Position numbers and translations under genes: made by a program
The notes under the pieces: model-generated
Database searches by the model: none
What the model saw: the letters and a program-made list of their open reading frames with translations, nothing else
What the model was told of the DNA's origin: nothing
NCBI GenBank assembly: GCA_052389755.1
Contig: JBQTHP010000099.1
Coordinates: 3,562-67,561, forward strand
DNA length: 64,000 bases
Source: Gammaproteobacteria bacterium
GTDB lineage: Bacteria; Pseudomonadota; Gammaproteobacteria; Steroidobacterales; Steroidobacteraceae
Reading direction: 5' to 3'
Part shown: positions 16,336 to 25,876 of the stretch, piece by piece
How positions within the stretch are numbered: the first letter of the stretch is position 1
How the letters are laid out: every line of letters starts with the position of its first letter

Positions 16336-17910
16336 ATGAAGGAGCTGATTGGACAGATTCTGAACCATGCGCGCGGCGCATGGCGCTTTCGCTGGCACGC
16401 GATCGGCGCTGCGTGGTCGTTCGCGCTCATCGGCTGGATCGTCGCGCTGCTCCAGCCGGACATCTACGAAGCGCGGACGCGCGTCTACGTCGACAGCGAT
16501 TCGGTTCTCAGACCGTTGCTCACGGGGCTGGCGGTCAACACCGACGTCTCGAATCGCGTCAACATGATGTCCCGCGTACTCATGGGTCGGCCGAATCTGG
16601 AGCGCGTCGCCCGCGAAACGGACCTGTATCTGCGCGCGCCGACCCCGGCGGATTTCGAGGCGCTGGTTACGTCGCTCGCCATCGCCATCGAGCTCCAGGG
16701 TGGAGGCCGCGATAACGTCTATTCGCTGCGATATTCCGACCAGGACCCCGCCATGGCGCAGCGGGTAGTCCAGGCGCTGCTCGACGTGTTCGTCGAGGAC
16801 ACACTCGGCGGAAAGCGCGCTGATAGCGACTCCGCGCAGCAGTTTCTGCAAGTGCAGATCCGAGAGTACGACAGCCGGCTCCGCCAGGCGGAAGATCAGC
16901 TGGCGGACTTCAAGAAGCGCAATGTCGGCCTGATGCCAGGGGAGACCGGGGACTACTACACGCGGTTGCAGACGGCAAGCGGCCTGCTGCAGGACTTGCG
17001 GGCCAAGCAACGCCTCGCGTCGCAGCGACGCAGCGAGCTCGAGAAGCAGCTCAAAGGCGAGGAACCGACGTTTGGCATCTTTGCCGAGGCGGACACGGGC
17101 ACCGCGGACGGCCAGATCGCCGAGTACCGCCGCCAGCTCGAGCAGCTGCTGCTGCAGTACACCGACAAACATCCGCGCGTCCTCGCGCTGCGGGATACCA
17201 TCGCGCAGCTGGAAGCGCGAGACGCCGCAACGAATTCCCGCACGCGGCGCCCCGGCGCGGTGCCGCGCGATCCTGCCGCGGCGGCCGGCTTCGCGCTCGA
17301 CATCAATCCCGTCTACCAGAATCTCCGCATCGAATTGAGCCGCACACAGGTCGAGCTGGCGGAGCTGCGGCAGCAGATTTCGGAGCAAGAGGCCCTCGTT
17401 GGCGCGCTCCGCTCGAGAGTCGACACGATCCCACAGACGGAAGCAGAGCTGGTGCGCCTCAACCGCGACTACGAGGTGAACAAGGCACAGCACCAGGCAC
17501 TCCTGCAGCGGCTCGAGTCCGCGCGGTTGTCCGAGCGAGCCGAAACGAACGCGGAGGGAGTGAAGTTCCGCATCATCGAGCCGCCGACCGCGCCGCTGAT
17601 CCCCGTGAGTCCGGACCGCGCACTCCTGCTCACGGCGGTGCTCCTGACCGCGCTGGCGGCCGGTGTCGCAGTCGCGTTCGCGTTGGACCAGATGCGGCCG
17701 GTCTTCTCGTCACGCGGACTTCTGGCGGCAGTAACGGGCCTGCCCGTGCTCGGCGCGATCAGTCTGACGGCTCCGGCAGCGCAGCCACCGTGGCTTCGCC
17801 GGCAGCCGGTGCTGGTCGCGGCGGCGTACGCGGGCCTGGTAGCGACGTACCTGCTCGCGATGCGGCTGGCCGATCCTGCGGGAAAGCTTCTGCGGACCCT
17901 GGCGGGTTGA
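16336..17910 (+). CDS. polysaccharide chain-length determinant (Wzz/PCP), PEP-CTERM locus subfamily
   Basis: 524 aa with an N-terminal TM segment after RFRWHAIGAAW, a long coiled-coil periplasmic region and a C-terminal TM pair. Its position between export and kinase genes supports the call. Confidence 0.8.
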   Translation: MKELIGQILNHARGAWRFRWHAIGAAWSFALIGWIVALLQPDIYEARTRVYVDSDSVLRPLLTGLAVNTDVSNRVNMMSRVLMGRPNLERVARETDLYLRAPTPADFEALVTSLAIAIELQGGGRDNVYSLRYSDQDPAMAQRVVQALLDVFVEDTLGGKRADSDSAQQFLQVQIREYDSRLRQAEDQLADFKKRNVGLMPGETGDYYTRLQTASGLLQDLRAKQRLASQRRSELEKQLKGEEPTFGIFAEADTGTADGQIAEYRRQLEQLLLQYTDKHPRVLALRDTIAQLEARDAATNSRTRRPGAVPRDPAAAAGFALDINPVYQNLRIELSRTQVELAELRQQISEQEALVGALRSRVDTIPQTEAELVRLNRDYEVNKAQHQALLQRLESARLSERAETNAEGVKFRIIEPPTAPLIPVSPDRALLLTAVLLTALAAGVAVAFALDQMRPVFSSRGLLAAVTGLPVLGAISLTAPAAQPPWLRRQPVLVAAAYAGLVATYLLAMRLADPAGKLLRTLAG

Positions 17911-17916
17911 GAGCCG

Positions 17917-18822
17917 ATGAGCATCATCGAACGAGCACTCGCCAAATTCCAGGGATCGCGCCCCAGCACGTCGCGTGCACCTCGTGCCTCCGGGGAACAG
18001 CTGGTGCCGCGTTCGGCGCGACCCGGCGGCACAGCGCGTCGATCGCTGAGCGACGTCGGTCGCGGTGAGGCGTACAAGCCGCGCGAGACAGTAACTGTCG
18101 ATTTCGGCGCGCTGCGCGCGGCGGGCATACTTCCGCCGGACGAGCGTTCTTCGGACGCCCTCACGCACGAGATCCGCCGCATCAAGTGGCCGCTGCTCGA
18201 ATCCGCGGCGGCGCGGGCGACGCCGGAGGCGCCCCCTGCAAACCTGATCATGGTCACGAGCTCCGTGGCGGGCGAGGGCAAGACATTCACATCGGTCAAT
18301 CTCGCGCTGAGTCTGGCGCGCGAAGAAGACTCTTCCGTACTGCTGGTAGATGCCGACGTCGCGAGGCGCCACACGACCCGGTTGTTCGGTCTCGATCAGC
18401 GGCCCGGCCTCACGGATGCGCTCGCCGACGCCACAGTCGATCCCCACGATCTGGTCGTCGGCACCGGCATTACCGGCTTTTGCGTTTTTCCTTCTGGCCG
18501 GCGCGGCGCTGGCATGCCCGAGCTGTTTGCGAGCCAGCGGATGACGGATATCGTGCGAGCGCTCGGCGGACGCGATCCACGTCAGATCATCCTGTTCGAC
18601 AGCTCACCGCTCCTCGCCACCAGCGAGGCACAGGTCCTCGGCCGCAGCGTCGATCAGATCGTGCTGGTGGTGCGCGCGGAATCGACCACGCAGCCGATGG
18701 TCCTCGAAGCGATATCCCTTCTCGACAAGAGCAAGCAGATCCGCTGCATTCTCAATCAATCGCGTATGAGCAGATTGATGGAGTACTACTACTATCCCTA
18801 TGGACAACAAGCACAGGATTGA
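17917..18822 (+). CDS. exopolysaccharide/PEP-CTERM locus tyrosine autokinase (BY-kinase ATPase)
   Basis: Walker A-like VTSSVAGEGKTFTSVNLA, VLLVDADV, IILFDSSP and a C-terminal Tyr-rich tail MEYYYYPYG. Confidence 0.8.
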   Translation: MSIIERALAKFQGSRPSTSRAPRASGEQLVPRSARPGGTARRSLSDVGRGEAYKPRETVTVDFGALRAAGILPPDERSSDALTHEIRRIKWPLLESAAARATPEAPPANLIMVTSSVAGEGKTFTSVNLALSLAREEDSSVLLVDADVARRHTTRLFGLDQRPGLTDALADATVDPHDLVVGTGITGFCVFPSGRRGAGMPELFASQRMTDIVRALGGRDPRQIILFDSSPLLATSEAQVLGRSVDQIVLVVRAESTTQPMVLEAISLLDKSKQIRCILNQSRMSRLMEYYYYPYGQQAQD

Positions 18823-20227
18823 CATAGCAGCGGTCTGCGGGTGTCTGTTCGTCATGGCCTGCTGTGCCCCCGCCGTGGCCGAGTCGCGGTTTTCACCCCG
18901 CGTCAGCGTGAGCGCGGTGTGGACGGACAACTTCCTCCTCGTCAGTCCCCCGGAGCCGAAGGACGAGGAGCTGATTGGACAGGTGCGGCCGGGATTCGAG
19001 TTCGTACGCGACAGCCCGCGGCTCCGTGCCTTCGTAGACTACGAGCTGCAGGCGCTGTATTCCGCGCAGTACGAGAGCGACGCCGAGGTCTATCACAAAG
19101 GCAATCTGGGGGTCGTGTTGCGCGCGGTGCCCGACTGGCTGTCCGTCGATCTTGCGGGCGTCTATCAACAGAGCGTCGTCGATCCCACCCAACCGCACAA
19201 TGTCGACAATCTTTTCCGGGTCGCCAATACGGCCGATACCTTCTCCGCCAGGGTCACACCGGCACTCCACCATGCTTTCAGGGCGATTCGACTCGATGCC
19301 GAGTACTCGTACGGCGTCGTCGAATACAAGGGCATCGATGGCACGGATCCCCTCGATCCCAGTCTCGCCGAGAGTACGTATCAGGATGCGAGCCTCTCAC
19401 TCGGTTCGTCCGACGCAGAGGCGGCGCTCACGTGGAGCGCGCGCTATCGCGCACACCGAGTCGATTACGACGAATTCCAGACCTTCGAACACGAACGTGC
19501 GGATGCGGAGCTCGGCTTGAGAGTCGCCCGGGCGCTCTGGCTCATCGGGCGAGGTGGTCTCGAAAGCGATCCGCTGGAAAGCATCCGGGATGGGGGACTC
19601 GACGATACATTCTGGCAAGCCGGATTCGCGTGGCGGCGCAGCGAGCAGGACGAATTCCGGCTGCTCGCCGGCGAGCGGTTTTTCGGCACGAGTTACGAAG
19701 CAGTGTGGCGACGTGTGGGGCGGAGCGTGAATTGGGATGTGAGCTACACCGAGGAGCCGACCACGCAAGCCCAGGAGCTGGTCCTCCGCGAAACGCCTGA
19801 CGCCGAGGACGTGCTGACGCCGGACAGGCCATTCGATCGGCCAGGTTCGGACGTTTACCTGTTGAAACGGCTCGCGGGACGGCTCGGCCTCTCCGGCCGC
19901 ATTACCGAGATCGCCCTCGAGGTACATTCGGAACGGCGCGAATACATCATCGCGTCCGGCATCGAGGACCGCATTCGAGGTGCGTCGGTGATCGTGACGC
20001 GAGCACTTGGCCCGCGAGTGAGGGCCGAATTGGAGAGCGGTATCGACGAAAATGAGTTACGGGAGGGGTCGGAGTTCGACGAGCGATACTATTCATTGAA
20101 GTTATCGCGTCGTCTCGGTACGCGGACGTCTGCAGATCTCACCATCAGGCGTAGTGAGCGTAGTGGGGCAATCCAGGCAGGGTATGAGGTCAACTGGGTT
20201 GTACTCGGCGTTCAGGCAAGCTTCTGA
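18800..20227 (+). CDS. PEP-CTERM system-associated outer-membrane beta-barrel protein (TIGR03016-like)
   Basis: Signal peptide ends CCAPAVAES. Alternating beta-strand-like sequence ends in an aromatic residue (VLGVQASF). It overlaps the preceding gene by 23 nt. Confidence 0.7.
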   Translation: MDNKHRIDIAAVCGCLFVMACCAPAVAESRFSPRVSVSAVWTDNFLLVSPPEPKDEELIGQVRPGFEFVRDSPRLRAFVDYELQALYSAQYESDAEVYHKGNLGVVLRAVPDWLSVDLAGVYQQSVVDPTQPHNVDNLFRVANTADTFSARVTPALHHAFRAIRLDAEYSYGVVEYKGIDGTDPLDPSLAESTYQDASLSLGSSDAEAALTWSARYRAHRVDYDEFQTFEHERADAELGLRVARALWLIGRGGLESDPLESIRDGGLDDTFWQAGFAWRRSEQDEFRLLAGERFFGTSYEAVWRRVGRSVNWDVSYTEEPTTQAQELVLRETPDAEDVLTPDRPFDRPGSDVYLLKRLAGRLGLSGRITEIALEVHSERREYIIASGIEDRIRGASVIVTRALGPRVRAELESGIDENELREGSEFDERYYSLKLSRRLGTRTSADLTIRRSERSGAIQAGYEVNWVVLGVQASF

Positions 20228-20249
20228 CGGGGTCGCGTCGGCAGCCTCG

Positions 20250-21278
20250 ATGATCACGCTCGTCGACGAACCGGGCGCGTCAGACTGGGATCACTTCGTC
20301 GACGATACGCCGGACGCATCTGCTTACCATCGCTACGGATGGCGGCGCGTCATTCGAAGCGTCTTCGGCCACGAAACGTTCTATTTCGCGGCGCGCAGTG
20401 CCGCGGGAGGCATGGTCGGGGTGTTGCCGCTCGTCCGGCTTCGCAGCGTGATGTTCGGCGATTTTCTGGTCTCGCTGCCGTACTTCAACTACGGCGGCGC
20501 GCTGGCTCAGTCGGCCGACGTCCGGACGCGGTTGCTCGACGCCGCGACGGATTTCGCGCGCCGCCTGCGCGTAAGCCACCTGGAGCTGCGTCACCGCTGC
20601 GCCGAGCCGGAGGGGTGGCCGGTGCGCACCGACAAGGTATCGATGCTGCTCCGCCTTCCGGAAACGCCGGAGCAGCTCTGGAAGAACCTCACCTCGAAGC
20701 TGCGCGCCCAGATCAAGCGGCCGCTGCGCGAGGGCGCGGCCTGCGCATTCGGACGGGCAGAACTGCTCGACGAGTTCTATGGTGTGTTCGCCGAGAACAT
20801 GCGCGATCTCGGTACTCCCGTGTATCCGCAGTCTTTCTTCCGTGCGATGCTTGCGGAGCTTCCCGAAGCTACGGCGCTCGCAGTCGTGCGCCTCGGAGGG
20901 CGAGCGGTAGCGGCAGCGTTCATGCTCCGGCATCGCCACACGATGGAGATCCCGTGGGCCGCATCGCTGCGGCGGACCAACAGCCTCGGAGTGAACGTGC
21001 ATCTGTACTGGAAGCTGCTCGAGCATGCCACGGCCAGTCGGCTCGCCGTATTCGACTTCGGCCGCTCGAGCCGCGACAGCGGCGCGTACCGGTTCAAGCG
21101 TCAATGGGGCGCGCAACCGGAACAACTCTACTGGCACTACTGGCTGCGCGATGGGAAGACCGTTCCGGGTCTCAGCCCCGCAAATCCGAAATATCGCGCT
21201 GCCATCGCGGCATGGCGGCGTTTGCCGCTTCCGGTCGCCAACTGGCTCGGGCCTCGCATCGTCAAGAATCTGCCCTGA
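20250..21278 (+). CDS. FemAB-family (peptidyl/aminoacyl transferase-like) protein, PEP-CTERM system-associated
   Basis: MITLVDEPGASDWDHFV...AYHRYGWRRVI...LPYFNYGG...FDFGRS...AYRFKRQWGA are hallmarks of the TIGR03019-type FemAB-related protein. The ATG at 20250 is chosen over the ORF-track start at 20154. Confidence 0.85.
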   Translation: MITLVDEPGASDWDHFVDDTPDASAYHRYGWRRVIRSVFGHETFYFAARSAAGGMVGVLPLVRLRSVMFGDFLVSLPYFNYGGALAQSADVRTRLLDAATDFARRLRVSHLELRHRCAEPEGWPVRTDKVSMLLRLPETPEQLWKNLTSKLRAQIKRPLREGAACAFGRAELLDEFYGVFAENMRDLGTPVYPQSFFRAMLAELPEATALAVVRLGGRAVAAAFMLRHRHTMEIPWAASLRRTNSLGVNVHLYWKLLEHATASRLAVFDFGRSSRDSGAYRFKRQWGAQPEQLYWHYWLRDGKTVPGLSPANPKYRAAIAAWRRLPLPVANWLGPRIVKNLP

Positions 21279-23212
21279 TGTGCGGAATCGTCGGACTCAC
21301 ATTCGCTGAAGGCGAGCTCGGTGCTTCCGTCGAGGCAGTCCGCCGCATGTCGGGTTCGATCGTGCATCGCGGTCCGGACGACGAGGGCGTGTACTCCGGC
21401 GAGGGCGTGGTGCTCGGCATGCGCCGCCTTTCCATCATCGATCTTGCGGGCGGGCATCAGCCGATCGCAAACGAAGACGAGACCGTGTGGGTGGTGTGCA
21501 ACGGCGAGATCTACAACTTTCGCGAGTTGCGGGCCGAGCTCCGGCGCGCCGGTCATCGCTTTCGGACGGGCAGCGACGTCGAGGTGCTCGTGCACCTGTA
21601 CGAGGAGCACGGCGATCGTTTCCTGGACAAGGTATCCGGCATGTTCGCGTTGGCGCTGTGGGACGTCAGGCGACGGCAGCTGACGCTCGCGCGGGACCGG
21701 CTCGGCATCAAACCGCTCTACTACACCGAATCGCAGGGACGGTTCGGCTTCGCGTCCGAAGTGAAGGCGCTGCTCACCGTGCCCGGCGTGCGCGCGAGCA
21801 TCGACCGCCAGGGTCTGCGCGATCACCTCGCGCTCGGCTATGCCGTCGCGCCTGTAACGATCTTCGCTGGCATCCGCAAGCTGCCGCCGGCGACGAAGCT
21901 CGTCTGGACGCCGTCGGGATGGCGTACCACCGTCTACTGGGCGCCGCCCGATCGGACGGACGAGCAGCTCGAGGAAGCGGACTGCATCGAGCTCATTCGG
22001 GCCGAGCTCCGGCGCGTGGTCACGGAGCACATGGTGAGCGACGTGCCGATCGGCGCGTTCCTGAGCGGCGGCATCGACTCGAGCGCCGTCGTCGCTCTCA
22101 TGGCCGAGCGCAGCGACCGGCCGGTGAACACCTATTCCATCGGATACGGCGGCGACGCCTCGGCCAGCTATTACAACGAGCTGCCGTATGCGAGCCAGGT
22201 CGCGCGGCAATTCGCGACACTTCATAACGAGATCGTGGTGCATCCGGACGCTTCGGCGCTGTTGCCGAAGCTGCTGTGGCATGTGGAGGAGCCGTTGAGT
22301 GACAGCGCCACGGCAACGACGTATCTCGTCTCCGACCTCGCTGCCAGACACGTGAAAGTGATCCTCTCCGGCGTCGGCGGCGACGAGCTCTTCGCCGGCT
22401 ACACGCGATATCTCGGCGATCATTACACGCGCCGTTACCGGCAGCTGCCAGGCTGGCTGCGCCGGCACGTCATCACTCGCATCGCGCGCGCTCTTCCGAG
22501 CGGCCGGCACAGCCGCGTCATGGATCTGTCGCGCTACGCGAGAAAGTTCGTCGGTGCGAGCGAGCTCGGATGGCGCGAGCAGTACCGCCGGTTCATGGAG
22601 ATTCAGACGCGCGATCAGCTGGCTGTCCTGCTCACCGACGCACCAGACGTTCCCGATGGCCTCGATCGCGTCCTGTCGGAGGAGACCGGTGCTGACCCGC
22701 TCCTGCGGCTGCTGCGCGTCGATGCGCGCACGCAGCTCGCCGAGGATCTGCTGCTGCTCACTGACAAGATGACAATGGCGCGTTCCATCGAATGCCGCGT
22801 ACCGTTCCTCGATCACCGCCTGGTCGAGGCCGCGGCACGGATCCCGGCGCGACTGAAGCTGCGGCGCGGTGAGCTGAAATACGTGCTGAAGCGGGCGCTC
22901 ACGGGCATTCTCCCGGATACGATCCTCGAGCGAGGCAAGCGCGGTTTCGGTGCACCGATCGGCGCCTGGTTCAAGGCCGATCTCAGACCGCTGCGAGACA
23001 CGCTGCTGAGCGAGGCTGCGGTCGAGCGGCGCGGACTGCTCGCGTGGCCGGCGGTGCACGAGCTGCTCGAAGCGCACGATGCGAGTCGCGAGGACTACAC
23101 GGACCTGATCCTCACGCTCGTCAATCTCGAGATCTGGTGCCGCATGTTCCTCGACGGCCAGAGCGCGGACGATGTCGGTCACGAGCTTGCCGAGCAGACT
23201 CTCGCGGCTTGA
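21278..23212 (+). CDS. asparagine synthase (glutamine-hydrolysing) family amidotransferase, paralog 1
   Basis: Starts MCGIVGL (Ntn Cys2) at the TGATG junction with the FemAB gene, and contains SGGIDSS (PP-loop). The 957-aa ORF-track entry from 20339 is an out-of-context upstream extension. Confidence 0.9.
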   Translation: MCGIVGLTFAEGELGASVEAVRRMSGSIVHRGPDDEGVYSGEGVVLGMRRLSIIDLAGGHQPIANEDETVWVVCNGEIYNFRELRAELRRAGHRFRTGSDVEVLVHLYEEHGDRFLDKVSGMFALALWDVRRRQLTLARDRLGIKPLYYTESQGRFGFASEVKALLTVPGVRASIDRQGLRDHLALGYAVAPVTIFAGIRKLPPATKLVWTPSGWRTTVYWAPPDRTDEQLEEADCIELIRAELRRVVTEHMVSDVPIGAFLSGGIDSSAVVALMAERSDRPVNTYSIGYGGDASASYYNELPYASQVARQFATLHNEIVVHPDASALLPKLLWHVEEPLSDSATATTYLVSDLAARHVKVILSGVGGDELFAGYTRYLGDHYTRRYRQLPGWLRRHVITRIARALPSGRHSRVMDLSRYARKFVGASELGWREQYRRFMEIQTRDQLAVLLTDAPDVPDGLDRVLSEETGADPLLRLLRVDARTQLAEDLLLLTDKMTMARSIECRVPFLDHRLVEAAARIPARLKLRRGELKYVLKRALTGILPDTILERGKRGFGAPIGAWFKADLRPLRDTLLSEAAVERRGLLAWPAVHELLEAHDASREDYTDLILTLVNLEIWCRMFLDGQSADDVGHELAEQTLAA

Positions 23213-24710
23213 GGCGCTCCGGGCGGCCGTGAGCATCGGGCGCGGTGCGCGCGTGTGGCTCGCCGTGGCCGGACTCGCGGCGCTCGTCGTGGCCATATAC
23301 AGCGAGAGCTTTCTCGCCATCGTGAAGCTGTGGACGCTGAGCGCCTACGCTCACTGCTTTCTCGTGTTTCCGATCGCGTTCTATCTGCTGTGGCGCCGCC
23401 GCCAGGCGCTGGCCGCGATCGCGATCGAGCCGAGCTGGCCAGGGCTCGCTCTCGTGTGTGGCCTGGCTGTCGCCTGGTTCGTGGGGCGCGCGATCGCATT
23501 GCAGGCGCTGGAGCACGCCGCCGCGATCGCTGCGATTCCCGCGATGGTGCTCGCGGTAATGGGCACGCGCTTCCTGCGCGCAGCGCTGTTGCCGATGGTA
23601 TTCCTGTTGCTGGCCGCTCCGGTCGGCGAGTTTCTCATTCCCGTTCTGATGGAAGTGACGGCGGCCATCGCGAGCTTGCTCCTCGGTGTCGTCGGCATCC
23701 CCGTGTATCGCGAGGGCATGTTCATCAGTCTGCCGGGCGGAGACTTCGAAGTCGCCGAGGTCTGCTCGGGATTGAAGTACCTGCTCGCCAGCCTGCCGCT
23801 CGCGTTGCTGTTTGCGTCGTGGGCCTATCGCCGGACGCTCCATCGCGTGGTGTTCGTCGCCGTCACGGTAGGTGTGTTCATCGTGGGCAATGGCCTGCGG
23901 GCGTTCATCGTGATGATCGTCGCCTCCGGGTCGGACCTGCGCTATTTCGCGGGCCAGGATCACGTCGTCTTCGGAAACGTGTTGTTCGTCGCGCTGCTCG
24001 CGCTCGTCTGCTGGGTGGGCTGGAAATACGCCGATCCGCCCGAGGCAGCGAAAGCGATCGGTCCAGCGGACTCGCACGCAGGAAGCGCCGTGCGCTCGAT
24101 CGCGGTCGCGGCCGCGGCGGCCGCGAGCCTCTCGGTCGGTTCCGCCGCCCATGCCTGGCGCGTGCCGGTGGCAGGGCCGGCCCCGACCGCGCCGCGGCTG
24201 CCGGCGCTCACCGGCTGCACCGGTCCCGGCGAATGGGCCGCCGACTGGACGCCGGTGCTGCTCGGAGCAAGTCTACAGACGCGGGCCACGTATCGCTGCG
24301 GCGAGATAGAAGTCCACATGCTGGTCGCTGCCTACCGCGGCACGAACCAGGGCCACGAGCTGGCGAGCAACGCCAATGTGCTCGTGCCTCAGGCGTGGTC
24401 CAGCAGCGGCTCGCGCGCGGACGCGCAGCTTGATCTCGGCGCAGACCGCACCCTGCTCATGAATGAAATTGCCATCGCTCGGTCCAGCCGTGCACTCTTC
24501 GCGTGGTACTGGTACAGCGTGAACGACGAGCCGACCCGTACGCCCCGCGGAGTGAAAGTGCGCGAAGCGCTGGGGGCGATCTTCCTGAAGCCCACCGTCT
24601 CCAGAGCGTACCTCGTCGCGGCCACTGGCCCTGCGGATCGCATCGAGGCGCTGCGCGGTCCGGTGATCGACCTTGCTCGAGAGGTCTGGCACGCACGGGA
24701 GGCGCGATGA
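23172..24710 (+). CDS. xrtA: exosortase A (XrtA/EpsH) fused to an EpsI-family domain
   Basis: The N-terminal ~300 aa is polytopic with exosortase-like blocks (YAHCFLVFPIAFYLLW, FEVAEVCSGLKYL, GNGLRAFIV). The C-terminal ~200 aa is soluble and resembles EpsI (TIGR02914), which is often a separate gene. Confidence 0.85.
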   Translation: MSVTSLPSRLSRLEALRAAVSIGRGARVWLAVAGLAALVVAIYSESFLAIVKLWTLSAYAHCFLVFPIAFYLLWRRRQALAAIAIEPSWPGLALVCGLAVAWFVGRAIALQALEHAAAIAAIPAMVLAVMGTRFLRAALLPMVFLLLAAPVGEFLIPVLMEVTAAIASLLLGVVGIPVYREGMFISLPGGDFEVAEVCSGLKYLLASLPLALLFASWAYRRTLHRVVFVAVTVGVFIVGNGLRAFIVMIVASGSDLRYFAGQDHVVFGNVLFVALLALVCWVGWKYADPPEAAKAIGPADSHAGSAVRSIAVAAAAAASLSVGSAAHAWRVPVAGPAPTAPRLPALTGCTGPGEWAADWTPVLLGASLQTRATYRCGEIEVHMLVAAYRGTNQGHELASNANVLVPQAWSSSGSRADAQLDLGADRTLLMNEIAIARSSRALFAWYWYSVNDEPTRTPRGVKVREALGAIFLKPTVSRAYLVAATGPADRIEALRGPVIDLAREVWHAREAR

Positions 24711-25876
24711 GGGCGGTCGTCGCGCGATCCGTGGATCCCCGCCCGCTGATCGTCCACGTGGTGTTTCGGTTCGACTACGGCGGCCTCGAAAATGGAGTGG
24801 TGAATCTCGTGAACGGCCTGCCGGAGAACGCGTTTCGTCACGTGATCGTGGCGCTTTCACAGGCGTCTGGCTTCGCGAACCGCATCTGGAGCACGGGCGT
24901 GCAAGTACACGAACTGAACAAACGGCCGGGTCACGACCCTGCCGCCTACCTCCGGCTGTTTCGCCTGCTGAAATCCCTTCGCCCGGCCATCGTTCACACT
25001 CGCAATCTCGGTACGCTGGAGGGCGCGCTGGTCGCGCGGCTCGCCGGTGCGCCATGCCGTATCCATGGAGAACACGGCTGGGACGTGCACGACGTGGACG
25101 GCGCGAGCCGCCGCTATCGCGCGATGCGCAAGCTCATCAATCCGGTGATCGACCGATTCGTGGCCGTATCGCGCGAGCTCGAGAGGTGGTTGACGGGAAC
25201 CGTCGGCATATCGCCGAGCAAGGTCGTTCGAATCTGCAACGGAGTCGACACGGCGCGGTTCACGCCTGCCGGCACCGCGCGGGACGCTCTTCGTTTCGGG
25301 CGGTTTCCGCGCGAAAGCCTCGTGGTCGGCAGCGTGACGCGTTTCAGCGAGATCAAGGATCCCCTCAATCTGGTGCGAGCCTTCATCGCGGCGCGCGGAG
25401 ATCCGGAGGGTGGTGCGCTGCGGCTCGTCATGGTCGGCGACGGCCCGTTGAAGCCTCAGGCGGAGCGTCTCCTGCGCGATGCGGGCGCCGCCGATGCCGC
25501 GTGGCTGCCCGGTAGCCGCGACGACGTGCCCGAGATGATGCGTGCCATGGACGTGTTCGTGCTGAGCTCCCGTCGCGAGGGAATCTCCAATACGATTCTC
25601 GAGGCCATGGCGTCGGGATTACCGGTGGTTGCGACGGCCACCGGCGGTAATCCCGAGCTCGTACTCGATGGTGTGACGGGGCAGCTCGTGCCTCCGTCGG
25701 AGCCGGCGGCGCTCGCGCGAGCGCTGGTCGCTTATGCCTGCAGCGCCACGGCACGCGCGGCGCACGGTCGTGCTGCGCGCGCGCGCGCGGAACGCGAGTA
25801 CTCGCTCGGCCGCATGGTGGCCGACTACGAGGCGCTCTATCGGGAACACTGCGTCACGACGGGAGAGGCGGCCTGA
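24707..25876 (+). CDS. glycosyltransferase family 4, PEP-CTERM/EpsH1 system-associated
   Basis: ATGA overlap with the xrtA stop. LIVHVVFRFDYGGLENGVVNLVN is the N-terminal block of the TIGR03088-type sugar transferase. C-terminal EGISNTILEAMASGLPVVAT is a GT4 E-x7-E region. Confidence 0.85.
   Translation: MRAVVARSVDPRPLIVHVVFRFDYGGLENGVVNLVNGLPENAFRHVIVALSQASGFANRIWSTGVQVHELNKRPGHDPAAYLRLFRLLKSLRPAIVHTRNLGTLEGALVARLAGAPCRIHGEHGWDVHDVDGASRRYRAMRKLINPVIDRFVAVSRELERWLTGTVGISPSKVVRICNGVDTARFTPAGTARDALRFGRFPRESLVVGSVTRFSEIKDPLNLVRAFIAARGDPEGGALRLVMVGDGPLKPQAERLLRDAGAADAAWLPGSRDDVPEMMRAMDVFVLSSRREGISNTILEAMASGLPVVATATGGNPELVLDGVTGQLVPPSEPAALARALVAYACSATARAAHGRAARARAEREYSLGRMVADYEALYREHCVTTGEAA

Noticed and set aside
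15285-17493. Two long minus-strand ORFs (15285-16463 and 16300-17493)
   Set aside because: Antisense to the Wza-like and chain-length-determinant genes, which have clear family motifs.
20339-21277. First 313 codons of the 957-aa ORF that ends as the asparagine synthase
   Set aside because: They overlap the well-supported FemAB gene in another frame. The translation is Arg/Ala/Pro-rich low-complexity, typical of off-frame GC-rich DNA. The canonical Met-Cys start sits at 21278.
21137-23320. 727-aa minus-strand ORF
   Set aside because: Entirely antisense to asparagine synthase paralog 1, with no motifs and an Arg-rich composition. This is a GC-rich open-frame artefact.
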